Translations under genes and position numbers: made by a program | The notes under the pieces: model-generated | Told to the model about the DNA's origin: nothing | The model's input: the letters and a program-made list of their open reading frames with translations, nothing else | Databases searched by the model: none | DNA from: an uncultured Candidatus Saccharibacteria bacterium | GTDB lineage: Bacteria > Patescibacteriota > Minisyncoccia > Phycocordibacterales > UBA2100 | Assembly: GCA_964471165.1 (NCBI GenBank) | Contig: CAYYEX010000001.1 | Location: forward strand, 65,037 to 129,036 | Length of the DNA stretch: 64,000 bases | Direction of reading: 5' to 3' | Part shown: one piece after another, positions 16,718 to 26,739 of the stretch | Position numbering within the stretch: position 1 is the first letter of the stretch | How the letters are laid out: the number at the start of each line of letters is the position of its first letter

Positions 16718-18226
16718 ATGCCACTCATGCGATTTGCACTACCGCCGAAACAGTTCTTCGAAAATTTGGCAATCACAGGCGACAGCGTCCCATTCGACGA
16801 AGTCCTCCTCGTGCCTCGGTATTCCGAGGTCCTTCCTGGTGAAGCGGATCTTTCCACCCGGATTACACGTGATCTGCGAATGGGTCTTCCCTTCCTTCCC
16901 GCTGCAATGCCCACCGTCACAGATGTGAGGATGGCCATCGCATGCGCGGAGCGCGGAAGCATGGGTATCATCCCCAGGCAACAGGACCCTGAAAAGCAGT
17001 CCGAGAAAGTCTCGACCGTCAAAAACGTGCGTAGCGGTTTCGTAAAGACGCCGCGAACGCTTCGAGCAGACAAGACTCTTGCCGAGCATCGCAGCGATCA
17101 GGATCTGCGGCTCGCCGCGGGAAAAAATGTCTTCCAATATCATCCCGTGGAAGACTCCGACGGCTCGCTTGTCGGATATCTCGACGACACACAGCTCGTC
17201 TTTCATCGCGACGACACCAAGACGATTGGTGAAATCATGACGCCAATCAGCGACAAGTATACGGTGAAGTCCGATACGACTCCGCAACAGGCTTACAAGA
17301 CACTGCTCGACCGGGCAATCCCGATTATCTTTCGGGTCCGCGGAAAGCATCTGACCGGCATGTATCTGCTCAGCGGCCTCGAGCGCAAGTTCGACAAGGC
17401 AAGCCGGACCGCCAACGTCGACAAGAATGGTCGCTTCGTGGTTGGCGCGGCGATTGGGGTCGGGACAAAGGAAATCGATCGCGGACTTCTGCTCCTGTCG
17501 AAGGGGGCGGATTTGATTGTTGTGGATGTCGCTCATATTCACACCAAATCTGGCCTCGAGACGGTGAAAATTCTGTCGAAAGAAACTCCCAACGTTCTGA
17601 CAGGAAATATCGCAACCGATGAGGCCGCACGCGACCTCATCCGCGCAGGAGCCGCTGGATTGAAAGTTGGCATCGGTCCGGGTTCAATCTGCACTACTCG
17701 TGCGGTTACCGGCAGCGGCGTGTTGCAATTGACTGCCCTGTACTGGGTCGCTCGATATGCAAAGCGATTCGGCATCCCGGTTTGCGCGGATGGAAACATC
17801 GTCGTTTCCGGCAGCCTCGCAAAGGCGTTCGGGGTCGGTGCAGAAAGCGGCATGTGCGGCAGTCTGTTCGCTGGAACAGATGAGTCACCCGGTGAGCCCT
17901 ACATCAACGCCAAGGGCCATAAGGTGAAGCGATACGACGGCGCCGGCTCAATGAGCGCAATGAACAGCGGCTCCGGCGAAATCAGGTACCGGCAGAAAAC
18001 TGTTCCCGAGGGTGTCGAGAGCGAGGTCCCGTACAAGGGCCCCGTTTCTCAGGTCATCACCAACCTCGAGGGTGGCCTGCAAGCTGCTTGCGGAATGATT
18101 GGTGCAGCCAACATTCCGGCAATGCAGAAGCAGGCGCTTCTCACTCGGATGAATGCGGCTGGTCAGCGTGAATCAAACGTTCACGACGTGACCGTGGTCG
18201 GCGATCGCGTTATCGGCTTGATGTAA
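16718..18226 (+). CDS. guaB: IMP dehydrogenase / GMP reductase family protein
   Basis: Catalytic loop VGIGPGSICTTR, ADGNIVVSGSLAKA, GSLFAGTDESPGE. RBS GGAGGG 7 nt before the ATG at 16718. The CBS-pair region looks divergent. Confidence 0.8.
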   Translation: MPLMRFALPPKQFFENLAITGDSVPFDEVLLVPRYSEVLPGEADLSTRITRDLRMGLPFLPAAMPTVTDVRMAIACAERGSMGIIPRQQDPEKQSEKVSTVKNVRSGFVKTPRTLRADKTLAEHRSDQDLRLAAGKNVFQYHPVEDSDGSLVGYLDDTQLVFHRDDTKTIGEIMTPISDKYTVKSDTTPQQAYKTLLDRAIPIIFRVRGKHLTGMYLLSGLERKFDKASRTANVDKNGRFVVGAAIGVGTKEIDRGLLLLSKGADLIVVDVAHIHTKSGLETVKILSKETPNVLTGNIATDEAARDLIRAGAAGLKVGIGPGSICTTRAVTGSGVLQLTALYWVARYAKRFGIPVCADGNIVVSGSLAKAFGVGAESGMCGSLFAGTDESPGEPYINAKGHKVKRYDGAGSMSAMNSGSGEIRYRQKTVPEGVESEVPYKGPVSQVITNLEGGLQAACGMIGAANIPAMQKQALLTRMNAAGQRESNVHDVTVVGDRVIGLM

Positions 18227-18251
18227 CGCAATCGATCAGGGCATTGTGCGG

Positions 18252-18291
18252 TCGCCGGACTTAAATGTTCCGGCGGCCGCTTTCTTTTTTT
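18252..18291. terminator. bidirectional Rho-independent terminator between guaB (+) and the L,D-transpeptidase (-)
   Basis: GCCGGAC-ttaaatgt-TCCGGC hairpin then GGCCGCTTTCTTTTTTT. Confidence 0.65.
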
Positions 18292-19189
18292 ATGACTGAA
18301 CAATGACTAATGTGCCCTGTGGCGTCCACTCGTAAAGTTTACGGGCGAGATAAAGCGGCATGTTCACACATCCGTGAGAATGCTGGAATCCGAACTCATC
18401 ATGCCAGTACGCCCCGTGAATCGCCGCTCCGTCATCGGTAAAATACATCGTCCACGGTACTCCCGGCAAATCATATTCATCTGATGTCTGTCCAGGAATC
18501 GGACCTTGCATGTATCGACTGGGCGTCTTTCTGAATATTTCATATGCACCAAGCGGAGTCGGGATACCGTCGAGACCCGTTGAGACGTCTGCCAGCATGA
18601 ACAGCTTGTCGCCGTCGTACGCATAGAGTGCCTGCTCGGAAAGATCAATGATAATCCGTTTATTATCGTCACGCCTCTCGCTCTCTCTGAAATCATGCGG
18701 TGCTGGCATTTCAAAGCTTTGCACAGCATCGCGCGCGACATAAAGCTCGGCACCAAGTCGCTCCGGATAGCGAACGAATTCATCGAAGGTGATTTTGTAC
18801 CAATCGCGATAATTATTTCGTACGACTTTGTCGACTCGCAGTACCACGCCTTTGCGCAGTTTCATGACCGCGGGGTAATCAGTTCCGGGACCGGAACGCA
18901 CATTGATACACTCACCCACGAATGCCCAGTTGCAGGTGTCGATTGCTTCGACGTACGTAATCACGCCCTCGCTGGTCTGTCGCAGCGGCATCATCGCATT
19001 TTGCACCGCACTCACGGCTTGCGGATTATTCTCGATAATCGTCACTTTGCCGCCTGAACGAGAAATGCGAAACGCGTTGCTGTCTTCGTTGGCTACGCGA
19101 TCAAGAAATCCAACCGCGCTAAAAAGCAGCAGCATCACAACAATCGCAATGACTAAACTGCGCGTTGAAGTAACACCCGATTGAGGCAT
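18290..19189 (-). CDS. L,D-transpeptidase (YkuD domain) with N-terminal TM and SH3-like region
   Basis: Catalytic motif HGAYWHDEFGFQHSHGCVNM (H...SHGC). Confidence 0.8.
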   Translation of the reverse strand: MPQSGVTSTRSLVIAIVVMLLLFSAVGFLDRVANEDSNAFRISRSGGKVTIIENNPQAVSAVQNAMMPLRQTSEGVITYVEAIDTCNWAFVGECINVRSGPGTDYPAVMKLRKGVVLRVDKVVRNNYRDWYKITFDEFVRYPERLGAELYVARDAVQSFEMPAPHDFRESERRDDNKRIIIDLSEQALYAYDGDKLFMLADVSTGLDGIPTPLGAYEIFRKTPSRYMQGPIPGQTSDEYDLPGVPWTMYFTDDGAAIHGAYWHDEFGFQHSHGCVNMPLYLARKLYEWTPQGTLVIVQS

Positions 19190-19220
19190 TCGATAAGAAT
19201 AGCAATCTTTGGGAGTATTT

Positions 19221-20105
19221 TTAGTCCCGCACCGTTACCGGTGTGCCTAGGTCGGCCCATTCGTACAACTCTTTTGCTTTTGGTGGGGGCAAGTTCACGC
19301 AACCGTGCGACCACTGCTGACCAAAGCTGTCGTGCCAATATGCCCCGTGAATCGCTCCACCTTCGTTTGTGAAATACATCGTCCACGGTACACCGGGTAA
19401 ATCAAACTCCTGGTCGCTAATGCCCGGCACCGGCCCCTGCATGTAGCGTGTTGGTGTCTTGCTAAAAATCAGAAACTGTCCGCGCGGTGTCGGCGTATCA
19501 TCAAGTCCGGTCGAAATAGTTTGTTCCATAAACAACGTCTCGCCGTCATAGGCGAAGAGCTTTTGCTCGGAACGGTCTACCAGTATTCGTTTTGCTGTAA
19601 CTGGCTTTGCGTCGTCCGCTAGTTTTTCTGCTGGCAAATGGCTAAACAGCTGCACCACATCTGCCGCCACATACCATTCATGCGACACTCGTTCTGGATA
19701 ACGCACCCATTCATCGAATGTAATTTTGTACCAATCGCGGTCATCACCGTGAATTACTTTCTGTACACGAAGCACCACGCCCGTGCGCAACGTTGCCACG
19801 GCTGGGTACTCCACTCCGGGGCCCGTGCGCACATTCACACAGGCGCCTTCATAATGAGGGGCGCAGCTATCAAGCACTTCGATGTAGTCGAGTGGTTGCG
19901 GCGGCAGTATCGGTGCGGGTTCTCTGGCAAATGATTCGTCAGAGCCCGCGGCCGCAACTTGTTCACTAGCCTCTTCTGTTGAAGCAGCAATAATCTCCTG
20001 CGGACGGTCAGACGTAAAATAGAGAATCGGCATAACAATCACCAGGCCTACGAGAGCCGTAAAACCTATTTTGCCTTGTTGTGAAAATTCCATGCCGCCG
20101 TGCAC
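19221..20105 (-). CDS. L,D-transpeptidase (YkuD domain), tandem paralog
   Basis: HGAYWHDSFGQQWSHGCVNL. Domain order identical to the neighbouring gene. Confidence 0.8.
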   Translation of the reverse strand: MHGGMEFSQQGKIGFTALVGLVIVMPILYFTSDRPQEIIAASTEEASEQVAAAGSDESFAREPAPILPPQPLDYIEVLDSCAPHYEGACVNVRTGPGVEYPAVATLRTGVVLRVQKVIHGDDRDWYKITFDEWVRYPERVSHEWYVAADVVQLFSHLPAEKLADDAKPVTAKRILVDRSEQKLFAYDGETLFMEQTISTGLDDTPTPRGQFLIFSKTPTRYMQGPVPGISDQEFDLPGVPWTMYFTNEGGAIHGAYWHDSFGQQWSHGCVNLPPPKAKELYEWADLGTPVTVRD

Positions 20106-20169
20106 CGCTGGTGTCGGACATTAGTAGCATACCATCGGCCTCCCTCCAAAAAAGATGAGTTTTGTGGAG

Positions 20170-21225
20170 TTACGACGACGTAACGCCCGAGGCCGAGCAG
20201 ATATCTATGATTGCAAGCTCGAGCGGCAGATGTGGTACTGCCGCGTACGCCATTTTTCCGTATGCATCCAACATCAAACGCAATGTATCTGAATTAATGC
20301 CCGGCTCTTTTGAAAGACTGCTCGCGACACCACGGTCCGCCTCGGTAAGCTCTTGTGATAACTCACCGGCAAGATTTGGTGCATAGCGCATCAGAAGCAC
20401 AACGCGCAGTCGGTGAATCAAAAGTTTTGCAAGCGTTCGTGCATCCATGTTGTCTTTCACAGCCTGCTGCATCGCTGTAAGCGCCGCTGGGGCATCTTTT
20501 TTTCCTATCGCTACCAGCAACGAGCGTACAAGCTCACCGCGTGGAGCTCCGGATACTGCCTCTACATCAGAGATATCAATTTTCTTGCCGGCGGAAACGG
20601 CGAGCACCTTTTGCAAAATCGAGAGCGCATCACGAAACGAACCCTCGGCAAGCAATGCAACCAATTCAGCCCCTGCTTTGTCGAGCGTAAAGCCCTCTTT
20701 TACAGCAACGTCGCTCACCGTTTGTGCAAGCATTTCTCGCGATGGTTGTTTGAACGTGTAAATCTCGCACCGAGATTGAATAGTCTCCGGCACGCGGTCA
20801 CGCTCAGTGGTAGCAAGCACAAAAATGGCGTGCGCTGGTGGCTCCTCTAATGTTTTTAAAAATGCGTTCCACGCTTCTTTAGTGAGCATATGCGCTTCGT
20901 CGATGATGTAGAACTTGTACGGTGATTCAAACGGGAGTGCATAGACACCTTCGCGTAGTTCGCGGATGTCGTCGATGCCGCGATTCGATGCTGCATCCAT
21001 TTCATACAAATCCTTTTCCGATACACCGAGCTCGCGCGCAAGGATACGCGCCACCGAAGTTTTGCCTGTTCCGCGTGTTCCGCAGAACAAATACGCGTGT
21101 CCAATTTTCTTGTTCTTGATGGCCTTTTCGAGAACTCCTGTTACCTGCTCTTGCCCGCGCACCTCATCAAAAACAGAGGGCCGGTATTGGCGGTAGAGCG
21201 TTTGGTGTTTTGCCTCCTTTGACAT
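20170..21225 (-). CDS. dnaX: DNA polymerase III subunit gamma/tau (short form)
   Basis: Walker A CGTRGTGKTS, conserved YRP motif, AAA+ clamp-loader organisation. Confidence 0.85.
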   Translation of the reverse strand: MSKEAKHQTLYRQYRPSVFDEVRGQEQVTGVLEKAIKNKKIGHAYLFCGTRGTGKTSVARILARELGVSEKDLYEMDAASNRGIDDIRELREGVYALPFESPYKFYIIDEAHMLTKEAWNAFLKTLEEPPAHAIFVLATTERDRVPETIQSRCEIYTFKQPSREMLAQTVSDVAVKEGFTLDKAGAELVALLAEGSFRDALSILQKVLAVSAGKKIDISDVEAVSGAPRGELVRSLLVAIGKKDAPAALTAMQQAVKDNMDARTLAKLLIHRLRVVLLMRYAPNLAGELSQELTEADRGVASSLSKEPGINSDTLRLMLDAYGKMAYAAVPHLPLELAIIDICSASGVTSS

Positions 21226-21232
21226 GGCGGCA

Positions 21233-21301
21233 GTATACCCCGTGAGATAAAGAATTCTATAATTCTGCCTGACGCAGCCTTCGTTATCTCATGGGGTATA
21301 C
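21233..21301 (-). ncRNA. long imperfect inverted repeat immediately upstream of dnaX; candidate structured RNA (ffs-like position) or operator
   Basis: GTATACCCCGTGAGATAA-N33-TTATCTCATGGGGTATAC (17/18 bp arms). The loop contains the AGAATTcTAtAATTCT sub-palindrome. SRP RNA domain IV consensus was not clearly found. Confidence 0.2.
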
Positions 21302-21347
21302 CCACAAAACGAAACCGGCGCATTCGCGCGCCGGTGGGTCGTCTCTT

Positions 21348-21647
21348 TCATCGTCGACGGCCAGGTGTCATCGAACGCATGGCGATGCCTCGACTAGGCC
21401 GCAGCGTTACGTCGCTCTTAGCCGGTCGTTCATTCGGGTCTGGAAAACCCAGCTCAATACGCTGGTGCTGCTCGAGGTCTTCGAGATACTTCTTTACGAC
21501 ACTCGCACTACCGTGCAGACGCATTGCCGCTCGGTTCGCAACGTTCTGAATATTGATGGTCTGCGAACTTTTCAGCGCCTTGATCGCAGCTTTGACCTGC
21601 GCCCGAATTTCATCAGGCGTGTCGAAATATCGTACTGATCTCACCAT
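21348..21647 (-). CDS. hypothetical protein (99 aa)
   Basis: ORF only; basic C-terminus. Confidence 0.3.
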   Translation of the reverse strand: MVRSVRYFDTPDEIRAQVKAAIKALKSSQTINIQNVANRAAMRLHGSASVVKKYLEDLEQHQRIELGFPDPNERPAKSDVTLRPSRGIAMRSMTPGRRR

Positions 21648-21762
21648 TCGAGGGGTCTCCTTCCGAACATATTGGTATCACGCCGTTATCAAATGTCTAT
21701 AAAAGCACATCGACCGACGGAGTATTCTCCGCCGGTCTCATTTTCCATATCCCTCAGAGGGG

Positions 21763-22041
21763 TTACGCGGCCACATCAGCGGCCTTGTCCATGTCCGTAC
21801 GTTTTCCGAGCAACGGACCCAGCACTTCATCACCGGCATCCAGTGCTCTCTGTTCGAAATTGGGCTCCGCCTTGCCCAAATCGCCCATGGACCGAGCGAG
21901 CAGTGGAGGGTCTGCCTTCACCTCAGGCGGCGCGGTTTCCGTGACCACATTCGGCACCCGTTTGCCATTCTTGATGTGCGGCTTTTTCTTCCCGCTGTAG
22001 GGTTTGTACACCCATTCGCGCTGCGGCTTCCTCTTATTCAT
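21763..22041 (-). CDS. hypothetical protein, Lys-rich N-terminus (92 aa)
   Basis: ORF only. Confidence 0.3.
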   Translation of the reverse strand: MNKRKPQREWVYKPYSGKKKPHIKNGKRVPNVVTETAPPEVKADPPLLARSMGDLGKAEPNFEQRALDAGDEVLGPLLGKRTDMDKAADVAA

Positions 22042-22108
22042 ATCATCCCCCGCTCATCGATACCGCCGCAACAATATGTCGATGGGCGCTTTTTTGCAAC
22101 ATCATCAA

Positions 22109-23068
22109 CTATACGTGCGCCGCAAGTATTGCGAGCGCTTCCGGAACCGTGTTCGTTTCCATGAGTTCAACACGCAAATCCTTCGCATTGTCCCATCCGT
22201 GTATATACGCCTTGAAGTGTTTTTTCATAACCGCGTAGTGCGTGGTCGTGCCGAGTAGTTCGTCGAACAAGCGCAGATGCTCGGCGAGAGCATTGATTCG
22301 CTCGCTCGGCGTCACCGCGTGTTCAGAGAAAAGCCACGGGTTTCCAAACATGGCACGGCCGAGCATGACGCCGTCGCATCCGCTCTCGGCCGCCTTCGCC
22401 CGCGCATCGGCGATATCTTTTACATCGCCATTTCCCACAAGCAATGTTTTTGAGCCGAGTGAATCGCGAAGCGCAACTGCATCTTTCATGCGCTCCCAGT
22501 GCGCCGGCACATCCGACATTTCTTTGCGCGTTCTCAAGTGGAGAATGAGTGTGGTCGGATCTTCTTCAAGCAGCTGAGTGACCCATCGTTCAAGTTCGTC
22601 GGTGTTGTATCCGATGCGTGTCTTCACAGAGAGCGGTAGTCTCGGCGCCCCGCGACGCACGGCGCGCATAAGCTCGCGAGCGAGCTCCGAATTGTTTATG
22701 AGAGCGGAGCCGCATCCCTGCTTTTCAACGGCCTTGTCCGGACACCCCATATTGATGTCGATGCCATCGAAGCCCATTTCGGCGGCGAGTCGTGCGGCTT
22801 GTTCCATGCGTTCAGGCACCGCCGAAAAGAGCTGTGCGACAATCGGTCGTTCATTTTCGGAATATAAAAATTTCTTCAGCAATTTTGTTTTACCCGGTTC
22901 CGGGGCAAGAACCAGTCCGTCGGCAGAGGTGAATTCCGTATAGGTTACATGTGGCTTACCGTGAACCGCGAACATCTGTCGGAACGCGGCATCTGTTACA
23001 TCATCTAACGGAGCCATTACAAAAAACGGCTTCGGCAATTCATTCCAAAAACTCATTTGGAACACCAT
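22109..23068 (-). CDS. dus: tRNA-dihydrouridine synthase
   Basis: FVMAPLDDVTD, DGIDINMGCP, PLSVKTRIG are Dus family signatures. True start may be the Met 12 nt downstream (at 23056, MSFWNE...). Confidence 0.8.
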   Translation of the reverse strand: MVFQMSFWNELPKPFFVMAPLDDVTDAAFRQMFAVHGKPHVTYTEFTSADGLVLAPEPGKTKLLKKFLYSENERPIVAQLFSAVPERMEQAARLAAEMGFDGIDINMGCPDKAVEKQGCGSALINNSELARELMRAVRRGAPRLPLSVKTRIGYNTDELERWVTQLLEEDPTTLILHLRTRKEMSDVPAHWERMKDAVALRDSLGSKTLLVGNGDVKDIADARAKAAESGCDGVMLGRAMFGNPWLFSEHAVTPSERINALAEHLRLFDELLGTTTHYAVMKKHFKAYIHGWDNAKDLRVELMETNTVPEALAILAAHV

Positions 23069-23205
23069 ATCAGATAGTCGCTTGCCGAACTTTGCATAAA
23101 TGCCACTTTCGTTGCATAATCGCAGCCGGAGGAACTGGTGCGGTTAGTAGTGTACCTCCGCTCATAAGATCACGGGGAAACAACAGAAGAACGAAAGTGC
23201 GGCAT

Positions 23206-23478
23206 ATGCCCAAGGATGAAACCGACGTTAACTCGATTCTTTGCGACCCGAAAACCCTACTGGGAAGGGGCGAGCTCGAGGAAGTGGTCATTCAGACACT
23301 GTCCGAAGCAGGACAGATGCCTGAAAGGTCGATTGGACTTCTGGTTCGATCAAAGCTCAAGAAGCTGTCTCCTGATGAGGCGAAGGCCCTTTGCCTCTCG
23401 ATAGCTGAGCACGGAGACCCAGCGATGATTGGCAAGCTGGTGAAGCTGCTGATTGCACGTCGCATCCAGGATAATTAG
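23206..23478 (+). CDS. hypothetical small protein (90 aa)
   Basis: In-frame ATG inside the longer ORF 22951..23478, whose upstream part is antisense to dus. Soluble composition. Confidence 0.35.
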   Translation: MPKDETDVNSILCDPKTLLGRGELEEVVIQTLSEAGQMPERSIGLLVRSKLKKLSPDEAKALCLSIAEHGDPAMIGKLVKLLIARRIQDN

Positions 23479-23502
23479 TCACCTGGAAGAGCGGGAACAC
23501 AC

Positions 23503-23540
23503 GGGGCGGCGCGAAAGCGACCGCCCCAGTTTATTTATTG
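23503..23540 (+). terminator. Rho-independent terminator
   Basis: GGGGCGG-cgcgaaagcga-CCGCCCC hairpin followed by AGTTTATTTATT. Confidence 0.5.
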
Positions 23541-24458
23541 AGCAGCCTCTTCGGGACTCTCCACATTTTTAAATTTGTAGTACACGCGGTTGCCAAATCG
23601 CAGGTCGATGTATTCAAGCTCAGCCTCTTTGCCGCGCAGCGCTGGTGCCACCGATACGAGTTCGAGATTGTGGATGATGGTGTCGATGTCCTGACCGAAC
23701 GATGCTTTAATCGTAAAACCATTCGTAAGTGCGACCGTGAAATCCTGTTCGTCGAGCACATGTACCGCTACGGGTATAAAACGTGCTTCGCGCATGCGCT
23801 GCAGGAGTTCACGCTGCCCTGCAAGCTTTTCTGCAAGAAAGACAGAGCCGATTATCGGAGCTGTGTTGATTCCCCCAAAAAACGTATACGGCATTTCTGG
23901 CTTGCCGGAGCGTTCCACCCCCGCGTACACGAGTCCCCCTTCGTCGAATACATAGCAATCGTTCGGCACCGACTCGCTGCACCACGTAGCGTACGCTGCG
24001 CGTTCGTCAACATTCACGATAAGGGTTGTGCCAAATAAACTACCGCGCGAAACGCGCACGGATTTGAGTCGTGGAAATGTGCGCGCGATTCCCGCACGCA
24101 ACTCTTCGCGCGGGTACGATAAAATGTTGTCCCGCGCAATAAACTGATTTGATGATTGCAGGAGTTGCGTGCGAGTGAACGCAACGATTTCACCCGGGTC
24201 TTGCAACATCGCACCACGCACCGAAATTTCTTTAATTCGCAGGTTCGGTCGATACGATACCCAGTGTATGCCGTATAACAATGCCGCCAACAAAATAAAA
24301 CCGACTACGCCAAAGAGGATACGAATGCGTCGCCGACGCTTCTTTAACGGTATTGGTTTTTTAGGTGCAGGTCGCTTTCCGAGAGACGCCAACTTTTGTT
24401 GTGGTGCGCGGGAAGAATGTGTGAGCGACGGACGAAGGTCTACAATTTTCGGAACCAT
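23535..24458 (-). CDS. ftsQ: cell division protein FtsQ/DivIB-like (N-terminal TM + POTRA)
   Basis: Basic cytoplasmic N-terminus (KKPIPLKKRRRRIRI), one TM helix, POTRA-like LRIKEISVRG, about 300 aa. Confidence 0.65.
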   Translation of the reverse strand: MVPKIVDLRPSLTHSSRAPQQKLASLGKRPAPKKPIPLKKRRRRIRILFGVVGFILLAALLYGIHWVSYRPNLRIKEISVRGAMLQDPGEIVAFTRTQLLQSSNQFIARDNILSYPREELRAGIARTFPRLKSVRVSRGSLFGTTLIVNVDERAAYATWCSESVPNDCYVFDEGGLVYAGVERSGKPEMPYTFFGGINTAPIIGSVFLAEKLAGQRELLQRMREARFIPVAVHVLDEQDFTVALTNGFTIKASFGQDIDTIIHNLELVSVAPALRGKEAELEYIDLRFGNRVYYKFKNVESPEEAAQ

Positions 24459-24472
24459 GGTGTTCCTGTAGT

Positions 24473-25759
24473 TTACGCGCCAATGGAGTCTTTGCCGATG
24501 TATGAGCGCAAAACCTCAGGTATCTCTATTGTGCCGTCAGCGCGTTGATAGTTCTCAACGATTTGCGTAATGATGCGCGGGAACGCAAGCGCCGTATTAT
24601 TGAGGGAATGTACGTATCGCAGCGTTCCCTGCTCGTCGCGATAGCGAATGTTGAGGCGGCGCGTTTGAAAGTCGTGGAAATACGACGATGAGTGCGTTTC
24701 TCGATACGTGTTCTCGCTCGGCATCCACGCCTCGATGTCGTATTTTTTTACCTGGCCTAATCCTAAGTCGCCGCCGCAGTTAACTACCACATGATACGGA
24801 AGTTTAAGTTCCTGCAAAATGTCTTCCGCATTCTTGGTGATTTCCTCGTGTATTCGCACCGATTCCTCGTGAGATGCTTCGCACAAGACCACCTGTTCGT
24901 ATTTCATAAATTCGTGGACCCGGAATACTCCTTTCGTATCCTTGCCATGACTGCCGGCTTCGCGACGGAAGCACGGTGAAAACGCAAAGAACTTAATCGG
25001 GAGTTGCGACTTCTCGAGCATCTCGTCCATGTAGTAACCCATTGCCGCCACCTCGGCAGTTCCTGCCAAGTAATCGCCATCCTGTGTTTTATACAAATCT
25101 TCTTCGCTTTGTGGCAGGTACCCAGTTCCCACAAACGGTTCTCGGCGAACCATTGACGGCACTATCATCGGCGTGAATCCTTCGCGATTCATAAATCGGT
25201 CTTCTACGAGGCGCTTGAGCGCCCACTCTAATCGCGCACCATCGTTTTTTAGAAAGTAGCCACGAAATCCAGCAACCTTAGCTCCACGTTCAAAATCTGC
25301 CATATCGTGCGCAAGCATGAGGTCCACTGCCGACTTCGGCGTAAACGGGAGCGCCCGCGGCTCACCACCATCGCCACCTGCCGGCGACCATTTCCGAATT
25401 TCCAGATTGTCGGCATCGCTATCGCCGTCCGGCACCGACATGTCGGGCACATTGGGAACCCGCACCATGAGGGCAAGCCACTCTTTCATTACCTCGGCTA
25501 GCGCTTCCTCGTCTTTTTTGAGCGCCTCTTTCACCGACTGCATCCCTGCAATAAGAGTTACCCGCTCCTCGGGTGACGCCTTGCTAATGCCGTCGGATGC
25601 CGCATTTTGTTGAGCCCTATTCGCATCAAACGAAGCCTGGAGTTCGCGGCGCCGGTCGTCGAGCTTGAGGAGTGCCTCAATATCTACATCAACGTGCTTC
25701 TTTTTTGCACCCGCGATGACGATATCCTTGTTTTCTCGTATGAATTTTATGTCCAACAT
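24473..25759 (-). CDS. serS: serine--tRNA ligase
   Basis: N-terminal coiled-coil arm and class II aaRS motifs (FRRE, GSHGKDT, RYVHSLN..ALAFPR). Confidence 0.9.
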   Translation of the reverse strand: MLDIKFIRENKDIVIAGAKKKHVDVDIEALLKLDDRRRELQASFDANRAQQNAASDGISKASPEERVTLIAGMQSVKEALKKDEEALAEVMKEWLALMVRVPNVPDMSVPDGDSDADNLEIRKWSPAGGDGGEPRALPFTPKSAVDLMLAHDMADFERGAKVAGFRGYFLKNDGARLEWALKRLVEDRFMNREGFTPMIVPSMVRREPFVGTGYLPQSEEDLYKTQDGDYLAGTAEVAAMGYYMDEMLEKSQLPIKFFAFSPCFRREAGSHGKDTKGVFRVHEFMKYEQVVLCEASHEESVRIHEEITKNAEDILQELKLPYHVVVNCGGDLGLGQVKKYDIEAWMPSENTYRETHSSSYFHDFQTRRLNIRYRDEQGTLRYVHSLNNTALAFPRIITQIVENYQRADGTIEIPEVLRSYIGKDSIGA

Positions 25760-25875
25760 TGTTCAGGTTTTAGGTTATAGGTTATAGGTTTTAGTAAGTA
25801 CAAAAAACATCTGCTCCCCGTGGTTTTTACTATTCCCTATACCCCATTCCCTAATAACTGTGCAATGATAGCACC

Positions 25876-26739
25876 ATGGAGAGCGCGCTCAAACAGCTCA
25901 GCCCCAACGAATTTCCTGCGCTTTTGCAGCAGATTCCCGACCGACCTAAAAAACTATACGTCCGCGGCGAACTGCCCGGTGATGATAAGAAGTGGCTCGC
26001 GGTGGTGGGTTCACGCGCCGTGTCCCCCTACGGCAGGGCTGTAATCACACATTTAATAGAGGGGCTTCGCGGCTACCCGATTGTGGTTGTTTCTGGTCTA
26101 GCTTATGGAGTGGACGCCGAGGCCCACAAGGCAGCACTGCGAGCGGGACTCACGTGTGTTGCCGTTCCCGGCTCGGGACTCGACTGGGGAACCATTTCTC
26201 CACGGGCAAATGTGCAGCTTGCCCGTGATGTACTCAATAGCGGTGGCGCACTATTAAACGAGTTCGAGCCAACACAGCCGGGAACCGACTACACATTTCC
26301 ACAGCGCAACCGCATTATGGCCGGCATGTCGCATGCAACCTTGCTTATCGAGGCAAAAGAGAAATCTGGCACACTCATTACCGCCCGGCTCGCAGTGGAG
26401 TACAACCGCGACCTCCTCGTTGTGCCGGGTTCAATTTTTAACGACAATAGTCGCGGCACACATCAGTTTCTGCGATTGGGAGCAACAGCTATAACGAGTG
26501 CAGACGACATCCTGGTTGCATTGGGTCTTGAAAAACGCATCGGGGAAAACTTTGCGAGCGAGCGAACTGATTTGTCGGATAGTGAGCGACGCGTGCTCGA
26601 TATTATTGCCTCACCAGTCTCTCGCGACGAACTTCTTGAATCCCTCGAACTTGATATCTCGGAAGCCAACGTGCTGCTTTCTGCAATGGAAATCAAGGGT
26701 CTCATTGTGGAAGAAATGGGCATTGTACGCGCGCGGTAG
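25876..26739 (+). CDS. dprA: DNA processing protein DprA (Smf)
   Basis: LAVVGSRAVSPYG...VVVSGLAYGVDAEAHKAAL Rossmann-like DprA core. Immediately upstream of topA (conserved dprA-topA pairing). Confidence 0.85.
   Translation: MESALKQLSPNEFPALLQQIPDRPKKLYVRGELPGDDKKWLAVVGSRAVSPYGRAVITHLIEGLRGYPIVVVSGLAYGVDAEAHKAALRAGLTCVAVPGSGLDWGTISPRANVQLARDVLNSGGALLNEFEPTQPGTDYTFPQRNRIMAGMSHATLLIEAKEKSGTLITARLAVEYNRDLLVVPGSIFNDNSRGTHQFLRLGATAITSADDILVALGLEKRIGENFASERTDLSDSERRVLDIIASPVSRDELLESLELDISEANVLLSAMEIKGLIVEEMGIVRAR

Noticed and set aside
16576-17888. Multiple long antisense or out-of-frame ORFs overlapping guaB (e.g. 16576..17073 -, 16739..17542 -, 17370..17630 -, 17539..17853 -)
   Set aside because: guaB is GC-rich, so alternative frames stay open. 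The plus-strand frame carries unmistakable IMPDH motifs (GIGPGSICTTR); the others have Arg/Pro/Ser-rich, low-complexity translations.
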